Shown here: piece by piece, positions 9,436 through 18,374 of the stretch
How the letters are laid out: each line of letters starts with the position of its first letter
Position numbering within the stretch: the stretch's first letter is position 1
DNA from: Thermotogota bacterium
GTDB taxonomy: Bacteria > Bipolaricaulota > Bipolaricaulia > UBA7950 > UBA9294
Length of the DNA: 41,907 nucleotides
Assembly: GCA_039679545.1 (NCBI GenBank)
Contig: JBDKUT010000119.1
Location: 1-41,907, forward strand
Direction: 5' to 3'
Made by a program: the position numbers and the translations under genes
Notes under the pieces: generated by a model
What the model was told of the DNA's origin: nothing
Database searches by the model: none
Seen by the model: the letters and a program-made list of their open reading frames with translations, nothing else

Positions 9436-10013
9436 GAGATCTCCTCTTGTCGTGCGAGATCGTTGGGACAGTCGATGTCGCGAACGCAGCCCGGATCCTC
9501 GACCTCGACCGTTCGAAGACGGTCGGGATGGCCTTGTAGAAAGGCTTTCCCGCCGGTGTCGCCGCGAAGGGTCGAACGCAGTTCGTCCCACTGGTCTCGG
9601 CGGAAGAACACCGGGAACCCACGTATGCCTTTCCAGGACGGAGCTGCAATGGCGGCCTCCTCACCGGTGCGAGAGACGGCACGAACGGTTGCGGACTGAA
9701 GAAACGGCATGTCGGCGTGGAAGACAAGGACGCCCTCTGCGCCAGGCGGAAGGGCGGAAATACCCAGGGTAAGCGAAGATGCCATCCCGCGCTCCGGTGA
9801 TGGGTTCACGACAACGAGTCGTCCTGCGAGGTTGACCGCGCTTCGAATCCGCTCCGCATCCCTTCCCAGAACGACGACGACGGATCGAATTCCCGCGTCG
9901 TCGATCGTCGAGAGGACGCGGCCGAGGGACGGTGTGCCATTGACGTTGATGAGCGGTTTGACGGCTCCCATGCGTCGGCCGAGTCCTGCGGCGAGGACGA
10001 GGCCCGCGATCAT
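9414..10013 (-). CDS. mocA: Molybdenum cofactor cytidylyltransferase (MocA/YgfJ family)
   Basis: LAAGLGRRMG..KPL, GMASSL, DMPF, GFPVFF, GDTGG and DID motifs, in a Mo-hydroxylase context. Confidence 0.82.
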   Translation of the reverse strand: MIAGLVLAAGLGRRMGAVKPLINVNGTPSLGRVLSTIDDAGIRSVVVVLGRDAERIRSAVNLAGRLVVVNPSPERGMASSLTLGISALPPGAEGVLVFHADMPFLQSATVRAVSRTGEEAAIAAPSWKGIRGFPVFFRRDQWDELRSTLRGDTGGKAFLQGHPDRLRTVEVEDPGCVRDIDCPNDLARQEEISCSGTFE

Positions 10014-10510
10014 GCGGCCTCCTGTGCTTGCGCCTCGCCGAGGCGCGCCTTGGCAAGCTGCACCGCCGCCCGCTTCACCGCGTCGACGATCTTCACGTAC
10101 CCGGTGCAGCGGCACAGGTTTCCCTCAAGCGCCGTGAGGATCTCCTCATCCGACGGCGTGGGGTGTTCGCGGAGCAGCGCATACGTCGACATGACGAATC
10201 CGGGGGTGCAGAAGCCGCACTGTACCGCTCCGGCGTCGACGAACGCCTGCTGGATTGGGTGCAAACGCGGACCGTCGGCGAGCCCCTCGATCGTGAGGAT
10301 GCCGCGTCCTTCCACCTGGACGGCGAGGACGAGGCAGGAGTTGACGGGGTGGCCGTCGAGGAGGACCGTGCAGGCGCCGCACTCCCCCTCGCCGCACCCT
10401 TCCTTCGTCCCCGTGAGGTGGAGCTCGTCGCGCAACGCGTCAAGAAGCCTCATCTCGGCGTCCGCCTCAACGCTTACGGCGCGACCGTTCACGGTGAACC
10501 GGACCTTCAT
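10010..10510 (-). CDS. Molybdenum hydroxylase 2x[2Fe-2S] (small) subunit, CoxS/XdhC family
   Basis: GCGEGECGAC...C, QCGFCTPG and NLCRCTGY. Confidence 0.95.
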   Translation of the reverse strand: MKVRFTVNGRAVSVEADAEMRLLDALRDELHLTGTKEGCGEGECGACTVLLDGHPVNSCLVLAVQVEGRGILTIEGLADGPRLHPIQQAFVDAGAVQCGFCTPGFVMSTYALLREHPTPSDEEILTALEGNLCRCTGYVKIVDAVKRAAVQLAKARLGEAQAQEAA

Positions 10511-11745
10511 AGGTGTCGCTCGACCTCCTTCAGCAACGGCTCGACGGGAATGGGGGATCCGACGATCGTTCTCGGCGAAGTCACGTCTTTCAGCCCGTTC
10601 CCGGAGACCACGACGGCCGCCGTCTTCCCTTCCAGTGTACCCGTCGCGACGAGCTTGCGAAGCCCCGCGTAGGAGGCCGCTCCGGCCGGCTCGGCGAACA
10701 CGCCGGTCGTGCGAGCCAACATGACGATGGCGTCGAGGATCTCCGCGTCGCTCACCGTGACGAACTCGCCGCCGTTCCGTGCAACATAGGTAACGGCCTT
10801 GACGATGTCACGCGGCTTCCCGACGCAGATGCTGTCAGCAACGGTGTGGGCTTCCCCGTCCTCGATCGCTACGGTGCGTCCCCGGTACGCGGCGAACGCG
10901 CGGGCGATGGGCGCCGACCCCTCCGCCTGGACGCCGATCACGCGAGGGGCGCGCTCGATCAGCCCGAGGCGAACGAGTTCGTCGAACCCCTTGCAGAGGC
11001 CGCTGACCACCGAGCCGTCCCCGACGCCGATGAGAACGACGTCGGGAGGGTTCCAGCCGAGCTGCTCTGCGATCTCGAGAGCCCCGGTCTTCTTCCCCTC
11101 AACGAGGTAGGGGTTCACGGCGGCGGATCGGTTGTACCAGCCGAACGCCTCGGCCGCCTCCGCGGCGAGGTCGTAGGCTACGTCGTACGACCCGCGGACG
11201 AGGAAGACCTGGGCGCCGTAGATCAGGAGCTGGGCCACTTTGGCTTCCGGGGCACGTTCGGGAACGAAGATGATCGTCCGGAGATCGGTCGACGCCGCGA
11301 ATCCGGAGAGGGACGACGCCGCGTTCCCCGTGGATGCGCACGTGACGACCGGCTTTCCCTTCTCTTGAGCCTTGATGACGACCACCGAACTCGCGCGATC
11401 CTTGTACGAAGCCGTCGGGTTTTGCCCGTCGTCCTTGACGTAGAACGCGGCGAGCCGAAGCTCCTTCGCGAGACTCGGGAACGCGTACAGCGGTGTCCAG
11501 CCGACGCGGAGCGGTTGGATGAACCGACGATCCTCGATCGGGAGGAGCGCTTCGTACCGCCACATCGAGGGGAGTCCGGTCTCGGAGAAGGACGATGGCT
11601 TCAACGTCCGACGCAACCGGTCGTAGTCGTAGAGAACCTCGAGCGTACCGCGCCGCGGCCCGCAGGAGGGGCAGGTGTAGTCGATGCGTGTGGGGTCGTA
11701 CTCGACCCCACAGCTGATGCAGCGCAAGGCAGCGATGCGACCCAT
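10507..11745 (-). CDS. Threonine synthase-like PLP enzyme (fold type II) with N-terminal Zn ribbon
   Basis: CISC/CPSC, NPTASYKDRA (PLP Lys), ASTGNAASS, EGKKT, GVGDG, EPAGA and SGNGLKD. True substrate is uncertain given the context. Confidence 0.85.
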   Translation of the reverse strand: MGRIAALRCISCGVEYDPTRIDYTCPSCGPRRGTLEVLYDYDRLRRTLKPSSFSETGLPSMWRYEALLPIEDRRFIQPLRVGWTPLYAFPSLAKELRLAAFYVKDDGQNPTASYKDRASSVVVIKAQEKGKPVVTCASTGNAASSLSGFAASTDLRTIIFVPERAPEAKVAQLLIYGAQVFLVRGSYDVAYDLAAEAAEAFGWYNRSAAVNPYLVEGKKTGALEIAEQLGWNPPDVVLIGVGDGSVVSGLCKGFDELVRLGLIERAPRVIGVQAEGSAPIARAFAAYRGRTVAIEDGEAHTVADSICVGKPRDIVKAVTYVARNGGEFVTVSDAEILDAIVMLARTTGVFAEPAGAASYAGLRKLVATGTLEGKTAAVVVSGNGLKDVTSPRTIVGSPIPVEPLLKEVERHL

Positions 11746-14700
11746 CAGAAGGCTCCTTTCTCGGGATGCGAGAGGATGAATGGGGCGGACTTGCGCAGGG
11801 CGTGCAACAGGACCGTCGTCTCGGCGGCGGCGCGCAGAGAGCGGGTTCTCTTGCCCTTTCTGCGCAGCTGCACGCCCACGACAGCGAAGACCGGGGTCAG
11901 GCGGGCCGTGAGGTCCGGATCCTCATACGCGTACCCGTCTTCTGTCAGGGCAATGCGAATGGACGCACCGTCCGTAGTCTTGGCGTAAAGCGCCGTGCCG
12001 TCGACGAACAGGGCATTCCGCTCGGCGGCATCGAACGCAACGCGGTCCCAGAAGAGCCGTGGCTTCTCGGCGTACGGCTTTCCTTCGTGAACACAGAACG
12101 TCGCGCAGTTGCCGCACTCGTTGCACAGGTCGTGGATGTGGAGGATCTGCCGCGGCTGAGCGATCGAGACGCACTCGCGGCCCACAACAGTGCCGTTCTC
12201 AAGAGACACGACGGGGACCTCGACGTCGATCGGCTCGATCTCGTACGGGACGTTGGCGCGGTTGGGGCAGACCTGGACGCACTTCTCGCAGACGATTGCG
12301 CATTGGAGGCAACGGGAGGCTTCCCGCGACGCCTCTTCGGCGTCGAGGCCGGACGTCACCAGCTCGAACCCTTCGCGCTGTGCAACGAGAAGGCGGGCCG
12401 GCTCCTGGCGCTCGACACGCCGGGCTCGACGCCACCGAGCCTCCTCCACGTCGCGAGACGCGCTGGGTGGCTCGCGATTCGTCGGGGCCGGGAGTCCCAG
12501 CTCGGCAAGGATGGCCTCCGCAGCACGCCGTCCGTCGGCGGCCGCCGCGACGACGATCGCCGGCCCTCGGACAAGATCGCCGCCGGCGTACACCTGATCC
12601 GGCGCCGCTCGGCCCGTGGCCTCCTGGACGACGACGCCCCCGTCCGGTCGGGTTTCGAGGTTCCAGGAGCGAAGGAGATCACGATCGGAGCGCTGGCCGG
12701 TGGCGACGATGACGGCGTCGGCAGGAAGCCGGAACGCGCTTCCCGGAATCGGCACGGGGCGTCGGCGGCCGTCGGGATCAGGCTCGTCGAGCCGGTTGCG
12801 CAGGCACTCGAGGGCCACGACGCGTCCTCGCTCGGCGATGACATGGACGGGAGAGACGAGCTCAAGAAGAACGTTTCCCTCCTCGAGCAGGAGGGCGACC
12901 TCTTCGCCGTCCGCCGGCATCTCGGCGCGCGTCCGGCGGTAGGCGACGGTGCACGGTTGGTGGCTGAGGCGACTTGACGTTCGCGCGGCGTCCATCGCCG
13001 TGTTCCCGCCGCCGACCACTACGATGGAGGATCCGAGGGCTGGCGGTCGACCGTGGGCCACGCGATCGAGGAAGTCGATGGCGCCGTAGACGCCTTCGGA
13101 GTCGATTCCCGCGATGTCCGTGGGCATCGAGTCTCTTGGGAAGCCGATGGCGACGTAGACGGCGGCGAAGCCCTGCGCGAGGAGGTCGCTCGGCGGCGCC
13201 TTGATCGGCGTGTTTCTGCGGATCTCGACGCCGAGTGCCTCAACGCGTGCGACGTCGGCAGCGACGACGCCTGGGGGAAGCCGGAATGCGGGCGCGAGCG
13301 CCGGCATCCCGCCGGCCCGATCCTTGGCCTCGAAGATCGTGACGGCGACGCCCGCGAGCGCGAGGTGGAAGGCGGCGGCGAGTCCCGCCGGCCCGGCGCC
13401 GATCACCGCGACTCGGTGTCCCGTGGAGGCGGCGGAAGTGAGTCGGGCTTCCCCGTGCTCGGCGGCGAACCTCTTTAGGTCGCGAATCCCAACGGCTTGG
13501 TCGACATTCGTTCTCGTGCAACGGGTTTGGCAGAGGTGCGTGCAGATGTGGCCGGTAATGCCGGGCAGCGGGTTCCGGCGGAGAATCGTCGCGAGCGCGG
13601 CGTCCGGGTCCCCGTCCTCGAGGTGGCCGACGTACTCGGGCACGTCCTGGCAGATCGCACACGCCTCGACGCACGGAGCGGCGATGCAATCGAACGCCGT
13701 CAACGGCGACGCCACCTTAGGCAGCTCCGCCGGGGCGTAGCCCTTCGCGTAGCGGGGGTCGGAGAGAGCATCAGCCGCGACGCGTTCCAGGGTGCGATCG
13801 GCGTCGGCGGCGAATGCCGCGAGCGATCCAGCGCCCGCCGCGGCCATGGCGTCGGAGATGCGTTCCAGACACTGGGTGAGTCGGCCGTATCCTCCGGGTT
13901 TCAGAAGGTCGGAGGCGACCGTCACGGGGCACGCGCCGGCGGCGAGGAGCGATGCGACGTTGTCGGCGTTCGCTCCGCCGGAATACGAAACTGGAAGCCC
14001 CGGGAACTCGCGCCGCAGTTGAAGGAAGAGGTTGAGGGTGATCGGGTAGAGCGGGCGGCCCGAAAGGTACATCTCGGCTCCCGCGAGGACGCCGCGGTGA
14101 TTCCGCACCTCGAGGGTGTTCGAGAGCTTCACGCCGAAGACCCGGTTGCATCGATCGGCGGCCTGGCGAAGCGAGCCGATCAGCTTCCGCGCCCGATCGT
14201 AGGAGAGGTCGTGGGCGAACGCGGCGTCGGGGACCTCGATCTCCGCGCAACCGAGGCGGTCGTGAAGGATCTCAACCAGGCGCTCCTTTCCGAGAAGCGT
14301 CGGGTTCAGCTTGACGGTCGTGTGCAGGCCGCGCTCTTCGAGCAGGTGCGTCGCGATTCGCTCGATCTCGTCGGGCGGGCAACCGTGCATTGTCGAGAGG
14401 GTGACGCTGTTCGTGATGCGGTCCGGGATGTCGACGTCGGCGAAGCGTGGGAAGTGGTCCCGGAGCGCCTTGCGGATGGGGTCGAGCAGCTCCGCGGCGT
14501 CCTCGAGGGAGTTCATGAACTGCTGCATCCGTGGGCTGCGAATCCCCTCGAGGTTGTAGCCGACGCTCATGTTGAAGACGGTGCCGATTGGAGCGAGCCC
14601 TTCGAGGAGCCGATGGACGATGTGGACGAGGGCCCACGCCGAGGCGTACTCGCGGGCAGACTCCTCCAGGCGAAGCTCCTGCGACCACTCGACGTTGTAT

Positions 14701-15017
14701 CCCTCGTCGGCGGCGTCGATGCACGGGCGCGGAATTTCGAGCTCATCCATCACTTGGACCGTCTTCAGCTCGATGAAGCGCCCGCCGCACAGCCACGCCG
14801 AGACGATGTTCCCCGCGAGCTGGGTGTGGGGACCGGCGGCCGGACCGATCGGAGTTGCGAGCGGAGAGCCGAAAATGCGGGTGGCGTATGGCGCGGCCTT
14901 CTGCGGCCTGTAGAAGAGGGTCTCGGGGATCCCGAGGATGCTCCCCCGCTCACGGTACTCGTCGAGGACCCGGTGAAGGAGCGGCTCGAAGGGTGTCGGG
15001 TGCATGGAGTGGATCAC
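11745..15017 (-). CDS. ygfK: YgfK-family Fe-S/flavin oxidoreductase (annotated putative selenate reductase subunit; purine catabolism)
   Basis: TPIGPAAGPHTQLA, FIELKTVQ, RPCID..DEGYNVEWSQEL, TLSTMHGCPPDEIE, VKLNPTLLG and GVKLSNT; GltD-like GAGPAG and GGGNTAMD; C-terminal CEKCVQVCPNRAN and CNECGNCATFC. GTG start 7 nt after GAGGA. Confidence 0.92.
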   Translation of the reverse strand: MIHSMHPTPFEPLLHRVLDEYRERGSILGIPETLFYRPQKAAPYATRIFGSPLATPIGPAAGPHTQLAGNIVSAWLCGGRFIELKTVQVMDELEIPRPCIDAADEGYNVEWSQELRLEESAREYASAWALVHIVHRLLEGLAPIGTVFNMSVGYNLEGIRSPRMQQFMNSLEDAAELLDPIRKALRDHFPRFADVDIPDRITNSVTLSTMHGCPPDEIERIATHLLEERGLHTTVKLNPTLLGKERLVEILHDRLGCAEIEVPDAAFAHDLSYDRARKLIGSLRQAADRCNRVFGVKLSNTLEVRNHRGVLAGAEMYLSGRPLYPITLNLFLQLRREFPGLPVSYSGGANADNVASLLAAGACPVTVASDLLKPGGYGRLTQCLERISDAMAAAGAGSLAAFAADADRTLERVAADALSDPRYAKGYAPAELPKVASPLTAFDCIAAPCVEACAICQDVPEYVGHLEDGDPDAALATILRRNPLPGITGHICTHLCQTRCTRTNVDQAVGIRDLKRFAAEHGEARLTSAASTGHRVAVIGAGPAGLAAAFHLALAGVAVTIFEAKDRAGGMPALAPAFRLPPGVVAADVARVEALGVEIRRNTPIKAPPSDLLAQGFAAVYVAIGFPRDSMPTDIAGIDSEGVYGAIDFLDRVAHGRPPALGSSIVVVGGGNTAMDAARTSSRLSHQPCTVAYRRTRAEMPADGEEVALLLEEGNVLLELVSPVHVIAERGRVVALECLRNRLDEPDPDGRRRPVPIPGSAFRLPADAVIVATGQRSDRDLLRSWNLETRPDGGVVVQEATGRAAPDQVYAGGDLVRGPAIVVAAAADGRRAAEAILAELGLPAPTNREPPSASRDVEEARWRRARRVERQEPARLLVAQREGFELVTSGLDAEEASREASRCLQCAIVCEKCVQVCPNRANVPYEIEPIDVEVPVVSLENGTVVGRECVSIAQPRQILHIHDLCNECGNCATFCVHEGKPYAEKPRLFWDRVAFDAAERNALFVDGTALYAKTTDGASIRIALTEDGYAYEDPDLTARLTPVFAVVGVQLRRKGKRTRSLRAAAETTVLLHALRKSAPFILSHPEKGAF

Positions 15018-15027
15018 GGTCGCATCC

Positions 15028-16350
15028 TCATGCGATTCGCTTCCACAGGCGGCGCGCCTCTTCTCGAGCGTGCGCGTACTCCTCGCGCTCGTCGAGGTCG
15101 ACGAAGGCGCCGTGGCGCAGGATGGGACGGCCACCCACGAACAGGTCGCTCACGCGGAGAGCGTGTACGGCGACCCCGAACAAGAGATGACCGAGAACGG
15201 TGTCGCCCGACAGCGGAGTCGGGGCCGTGTAATCGAGGATGGTGATGTCGGCGGGAGCGCCGGGGACAAGGCGTCCGGCCGAGACTTCGAAGACGCGCTC
15301 GGCGATCGCCGGATTGTTGCGGAAGAGAAGCCGGTCGAGCTGTGGGAAGGCCCCAGCGAGAGCGTCCTGCCGTGCCTGCCGCTGAGCCAGTCCGGCCGTG
15401 AAGAGCTCGGCGAGCATGTTCGCTCCGAGCCCGTCCGTCCCAAGCCCGGCGAGGATGTCACGGTCGAGGACCCCGTTGAGGTCAAGGGTGCCGACGGCGT
15501 TGTTCATGTTGGAGCGTGGGTTGTGGACGACGATGGCGTCCCGCTTGGCGATCAAGTCTTTCTCGGCGACGTCCACATGGAGGCAAGGAGCGAGGATCGA
15601 GCGCGGGCGGAGAAGCCCGAACCGGTCGAGCCGTGGAACGATACGAAGGCCGTGGCGCTCCACACACTGCGGCTCGTCTTCCGGTCCCTCGGCGACGTGA
15701 ACATGAATCCCCTCGCCGTCCGGGAGCTTCGCCGCGACGGACTCGAGCGTCCGATCGCTGAGCGTCAGCGAGGCGTGAAGCCCGAAGTGTCCCGCGCAGA
15801 GCGAATCCTGCGGGTTGAGGGCGGCGAGGAAGCGGGCGTTCTCTTGGATGCCGAGGAGGGCGCGCTCATCCCCGTCCCGATCGGACGTTTCGTAGCACAG
15901 AGCCGCACGAAGCCCGACTCGGCGGCATACGGCGTCGTACACACGGTCGAGCGAGCCGGGAATCGCGTTCGGACTTGCATGATGGTCGATCAGGGTCGTC
16001 ACCCCGCACCGGGCCGCCTCCATCGCGCCGACGAGGGCGCTCGTCGTTACGGCGGAGTCGTCGAGCGCCTTGTCGAGCCGCCACCAAAGCTGCTCGAGGA
16101 TCTGAGTGAACGACCGCGGCGCGTAGCCGGGGAGGAACATCCCTCGCGCTAGGCTGCTGTAGAGGTGCGTGTGGGCGTTGATGAGCCCAGGGAGCGCGAG
16201 CCTTCCCTCGGCATCGATTCGCTCGTCCGCCGCGAAACGACCCTCCCCCGCATCGACCGCCACGATCCTGGCATCTTCGATTCGGATCGACCCACGCTCG
16301 ATCACCCGCTCCCCGTCCCATACGACAGCGTTGTCGATCGTTCTCCTCAT
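15028..16350 (-). CDS. ssnA: SsnA-family amidohydrolase
   Basis: NAHTHLYSSLARG, WWRLDKAL, IDHHASP, GLHASLT, HVHVAEG, HNPRSNMNNAVG and GLGTDG; directly upstream of ygfK; SD GGAGGT. Confidence 0.88.
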   Translation of the reverse strand: MRRTIDNAVVWDGERVIERGSIRIEDARIVAVDAGEGRFAADERIDAEGRLALPGLINAHTHLYSSLARGMFLPGYAPRSFTQILEQLWWRLDKALDDSAVTTSALVGAMEAARCGVTTLIDHHASPNAIPGSLDRVYDAVCRRVGLRAALCYETSDRDGDERALLGIQENARFLAALNPQDSLCAGHFGLHASLTLSDRTLESVAAKLPDGEGIHVHVAEGPEDEPQCVERHGLRIVPRLDRFGLLRPRSILAPCLHVDVAEKDLIAKRDAIVVHNPRSNMNNAVGTLDLNGVLDRDILAGLGTDGLGANMLAELFTAGLAQRQARQDALAGAFPQLDRLLFRNNPAIAERVFEVSAGRLVPGAPADITILDYTAPTPLSGDTVLGHLLFGVAVHALRVSDLFVGGRPILRHGAFVDLDEREEYAHAREEARRLWKRIA

Positions 16351-16503
16351 CGAACCTCCGTTCCGGTCGGCGCTTTCAGCAGCCCGCGAGGAGAGGATAG
16401 CGGCTGTCGGACGGTCAGACAACGGCACCACCCAGCGTGTCCACTTCCTTCTTCTGTTGGGTTCTCTGTCCCTGTTACCAGTCGCAGAGACAGAGGAGAG
16501 AAC

Positions 16504-16838
16504 ATGTCTGAAGGGCGCAAAAGCACAAGCGGACGTGAATCACGGGCGGCTTCCGCCAACTCCTCCCGGGGCTTCCTAGTGTCCGGCGTCGGCTTGCCGC
16601 CTTCCTATGGGCTCTGGACTCAGTGCTCATCCTTGTCGCTACAGTTCTGCTTCTAGTTGTCCGCGTGACGACTCCCGTGCAGAGACAGTGCGTAGACGAC
16701 CTTCGGAGCGCGGCATCTCTGCTCGTGTCAGTGATCACCCAGTTACTGATAGTCTGTCGCCAGAGGTGCGGTGCGGCGGCAGGAGGAGACGCAGGCAATA
16801 GCCTTCGGATCCGTGTCGCCACCGCGTGGCCCTGGTGA
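16504..16838 (+). pseudogene. Possible frameshifted small membrane-protein gene
   Basis: SD GAGGAG plus ATG 16504 opens a 50-aa frame (stop 16656). A second frame, open 16539-16838, encodes two hydrophobic segments. Confidence 0.25.
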
Positions 16839-17034
16839 ACAGAGAGCGGGCGGAGCCGTCACTCTCTGACCATACTCCGCCCGCCGGATGAGGCACGGCG
16901 TTCCGGACAGGAAGCCGCTATGCGCAGTCACAGGATAGCATACCATGGAGGATACGACAAGATGTGCGATGCGCAGGCCGCTTGTTTCGGTCCGGGGCGA
17001 TGGCAATAATCGATACGAAGATTGAGAAGGAGAC

Positions 17035-17901
17035 GTGGAAGACGTGGGACTTCGCCACATCCAGTCGATTGTCCGACCGACCACGGCGGACGAGGCGTGG
17101 AGGCTTCGGACGGCCGACCCGGAGACGACGCGATTCCTCGGCGGGGGAATCGACCTCGTCCTCTACACCCCGGAGACGGTGACGACGCTGATCGACGTGT
17201 CGGGGCTCAGCCGAGCAAGGGTCAGCGCGGGCCGCGCAGGACTCGCGATCAGTGCCGGGATGACCCTCTCGGCGGTCCTTGAGACTCCGGAGATCGCCGC
17301 CTACGTAGGTGGCTTCCTCCGTGACGTGCTTCGACAGGTCGCGTCTCCGCTGCAGCGCAACGTGGCGACGATCGGCGGCGCCGCGATGCGGGCGCATCCT
17401 TGGTCGGACGTCGTCCTCGCGCTGTTGGTTCTTGACGCGGAGGTCGAAGTCTTCAACGGTGCAGCACGCTCGGTTCCGGCGGCGGAGTTCTACGCTTCGC
17501 GATCGCAGAACGTCGCTCCGCTCGTCACGGGGATCCGGTTGCCTCAACGGACACCCTCAACACGAGGCGCGTTCGAGAAGTTCGTGCGAACAGGGTTCGA
17601 CGTTGGGCTTCTGAACTGCGCCTGCGTTGTGGAGGTTACGAAGGGCGTTTGCAGTCGCGTGCGAGTTGCCGTGGGCGGAACGCCGGCCTTGGCGCGGCGG
17701 CTTCCTGACGTGGAGCAGGTTCTGGAAGGCCGGCACCTGTCGTCGACGACGGTTGGTGAGGTGGCGTCGCTTGCGGCGCGACGGGTCGACGCTCGCGACG
17801 ACCGCCGCGCGTCGGAGTCGTACCGCAGAAAGCTGACGGAGGTCGGCGTGCGGCGCTGCCTTGAGCGGCTGACGGGTGGCGGGTCGGAGGACGCGCGATG
17901 A
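17035..17901 (+). CDS. Molybdenum hydroxylase FAD-binding subunit (YgfM-like, divergent motifs)
   Basis: GGGIDL, RNVATIGGA, DDRRASESYRR; SD AAGGAG before the GTG start. Confidence 0.88.
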   Translation: MEDVGLRHIQSIVRPTTADEAWRLRTADPETTRFLGGGIDLVLYTPETVTTLIDVSGLSRARVSAGRAGLAISAGMTLSAVLETPEIAAYVGGFLRDVLRQVASPLQRNVATIGGAAMRAHPWSDVVLALLVLDAEVEVFNGAARSVPAAEFYASRSQNVAPLVTGIRLPQRTPSTRGAFEKFVRTGFDVGLLNCACVVEVTKGVCSRVRVAVGGTPALARRLPDVEQVLEGRHLSSTTVGEVASLAARRVDARDDRRASESYRRKLTEVGVRRCLERLTGGGSEDAR

Positions 17902-18374
17902 CGAGTCGCAAACTGACGATCAACGGCGTGCGCCGCACGGTCGATGCGAGCCCGGGAGACACGTTGCTCGAAGTCCTGCGCCGCGAGGGATACGTCGGCG
18001 TCAAGAAGGGGTGCGGCTCGGGGGACTGCGGGGCGTGTACCGTGCTCCTCGACGGGCGAGCGGTCAACGCCTGCCTTGTCCTGACGGCGAAAGCGGAGGG
18101 CAAGGTGATCGTGACGATCGAAGGGCTCGCGAAGGGTGACGCGCTTCACCCGATCCAGGCGGCGTTCCTCGATGAAGGTGCCGTGCAGTGTGGCTACTGC
18201 ACACCGGGCATGGTCCTCTCCGCCTACGACCTTCTGTCCCGGAACCCGGCCCCGAGCGAGGGGGAGATCCGCGAAGCGATTTCGGGCAATCTGTGCCGTT
18301 GCACCGGCTACGTGAAACAGATCCGAGCGATCCAAGCGGCGGCCGAACAGATGAGGGGCGGACGGAATGGCTGA
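17898..18374 (+). CDS. Molybdenum hydroxylase 2x[2Fe-2S] subunit
   Basis: GCGSGDCGAC, QCGYCTPG and NLCRCTGY; ATGA coupling. Confidence 0.95.
   Translation: MTSRKLTINGVRRTVDASPGDTLLEVLRREGYVGVKKGCGSGDCGACTVLLDGRAVNACLVLTAKAEGKVIVTIEGLAKGDALHPIQAAFLDEGAVQCGYCTPGMVLSAYDLLSRNPAPSEGEIREAISGNLCRCTGYVKQIRAIQAAAEQMRGGRNG

Noticed and set aside
16351..17034. Known purine, xanthine or Moco riboswitch in the spacer
   Set aside because: I could not match a consensus by eye; it is reported only as an unclassified structure.
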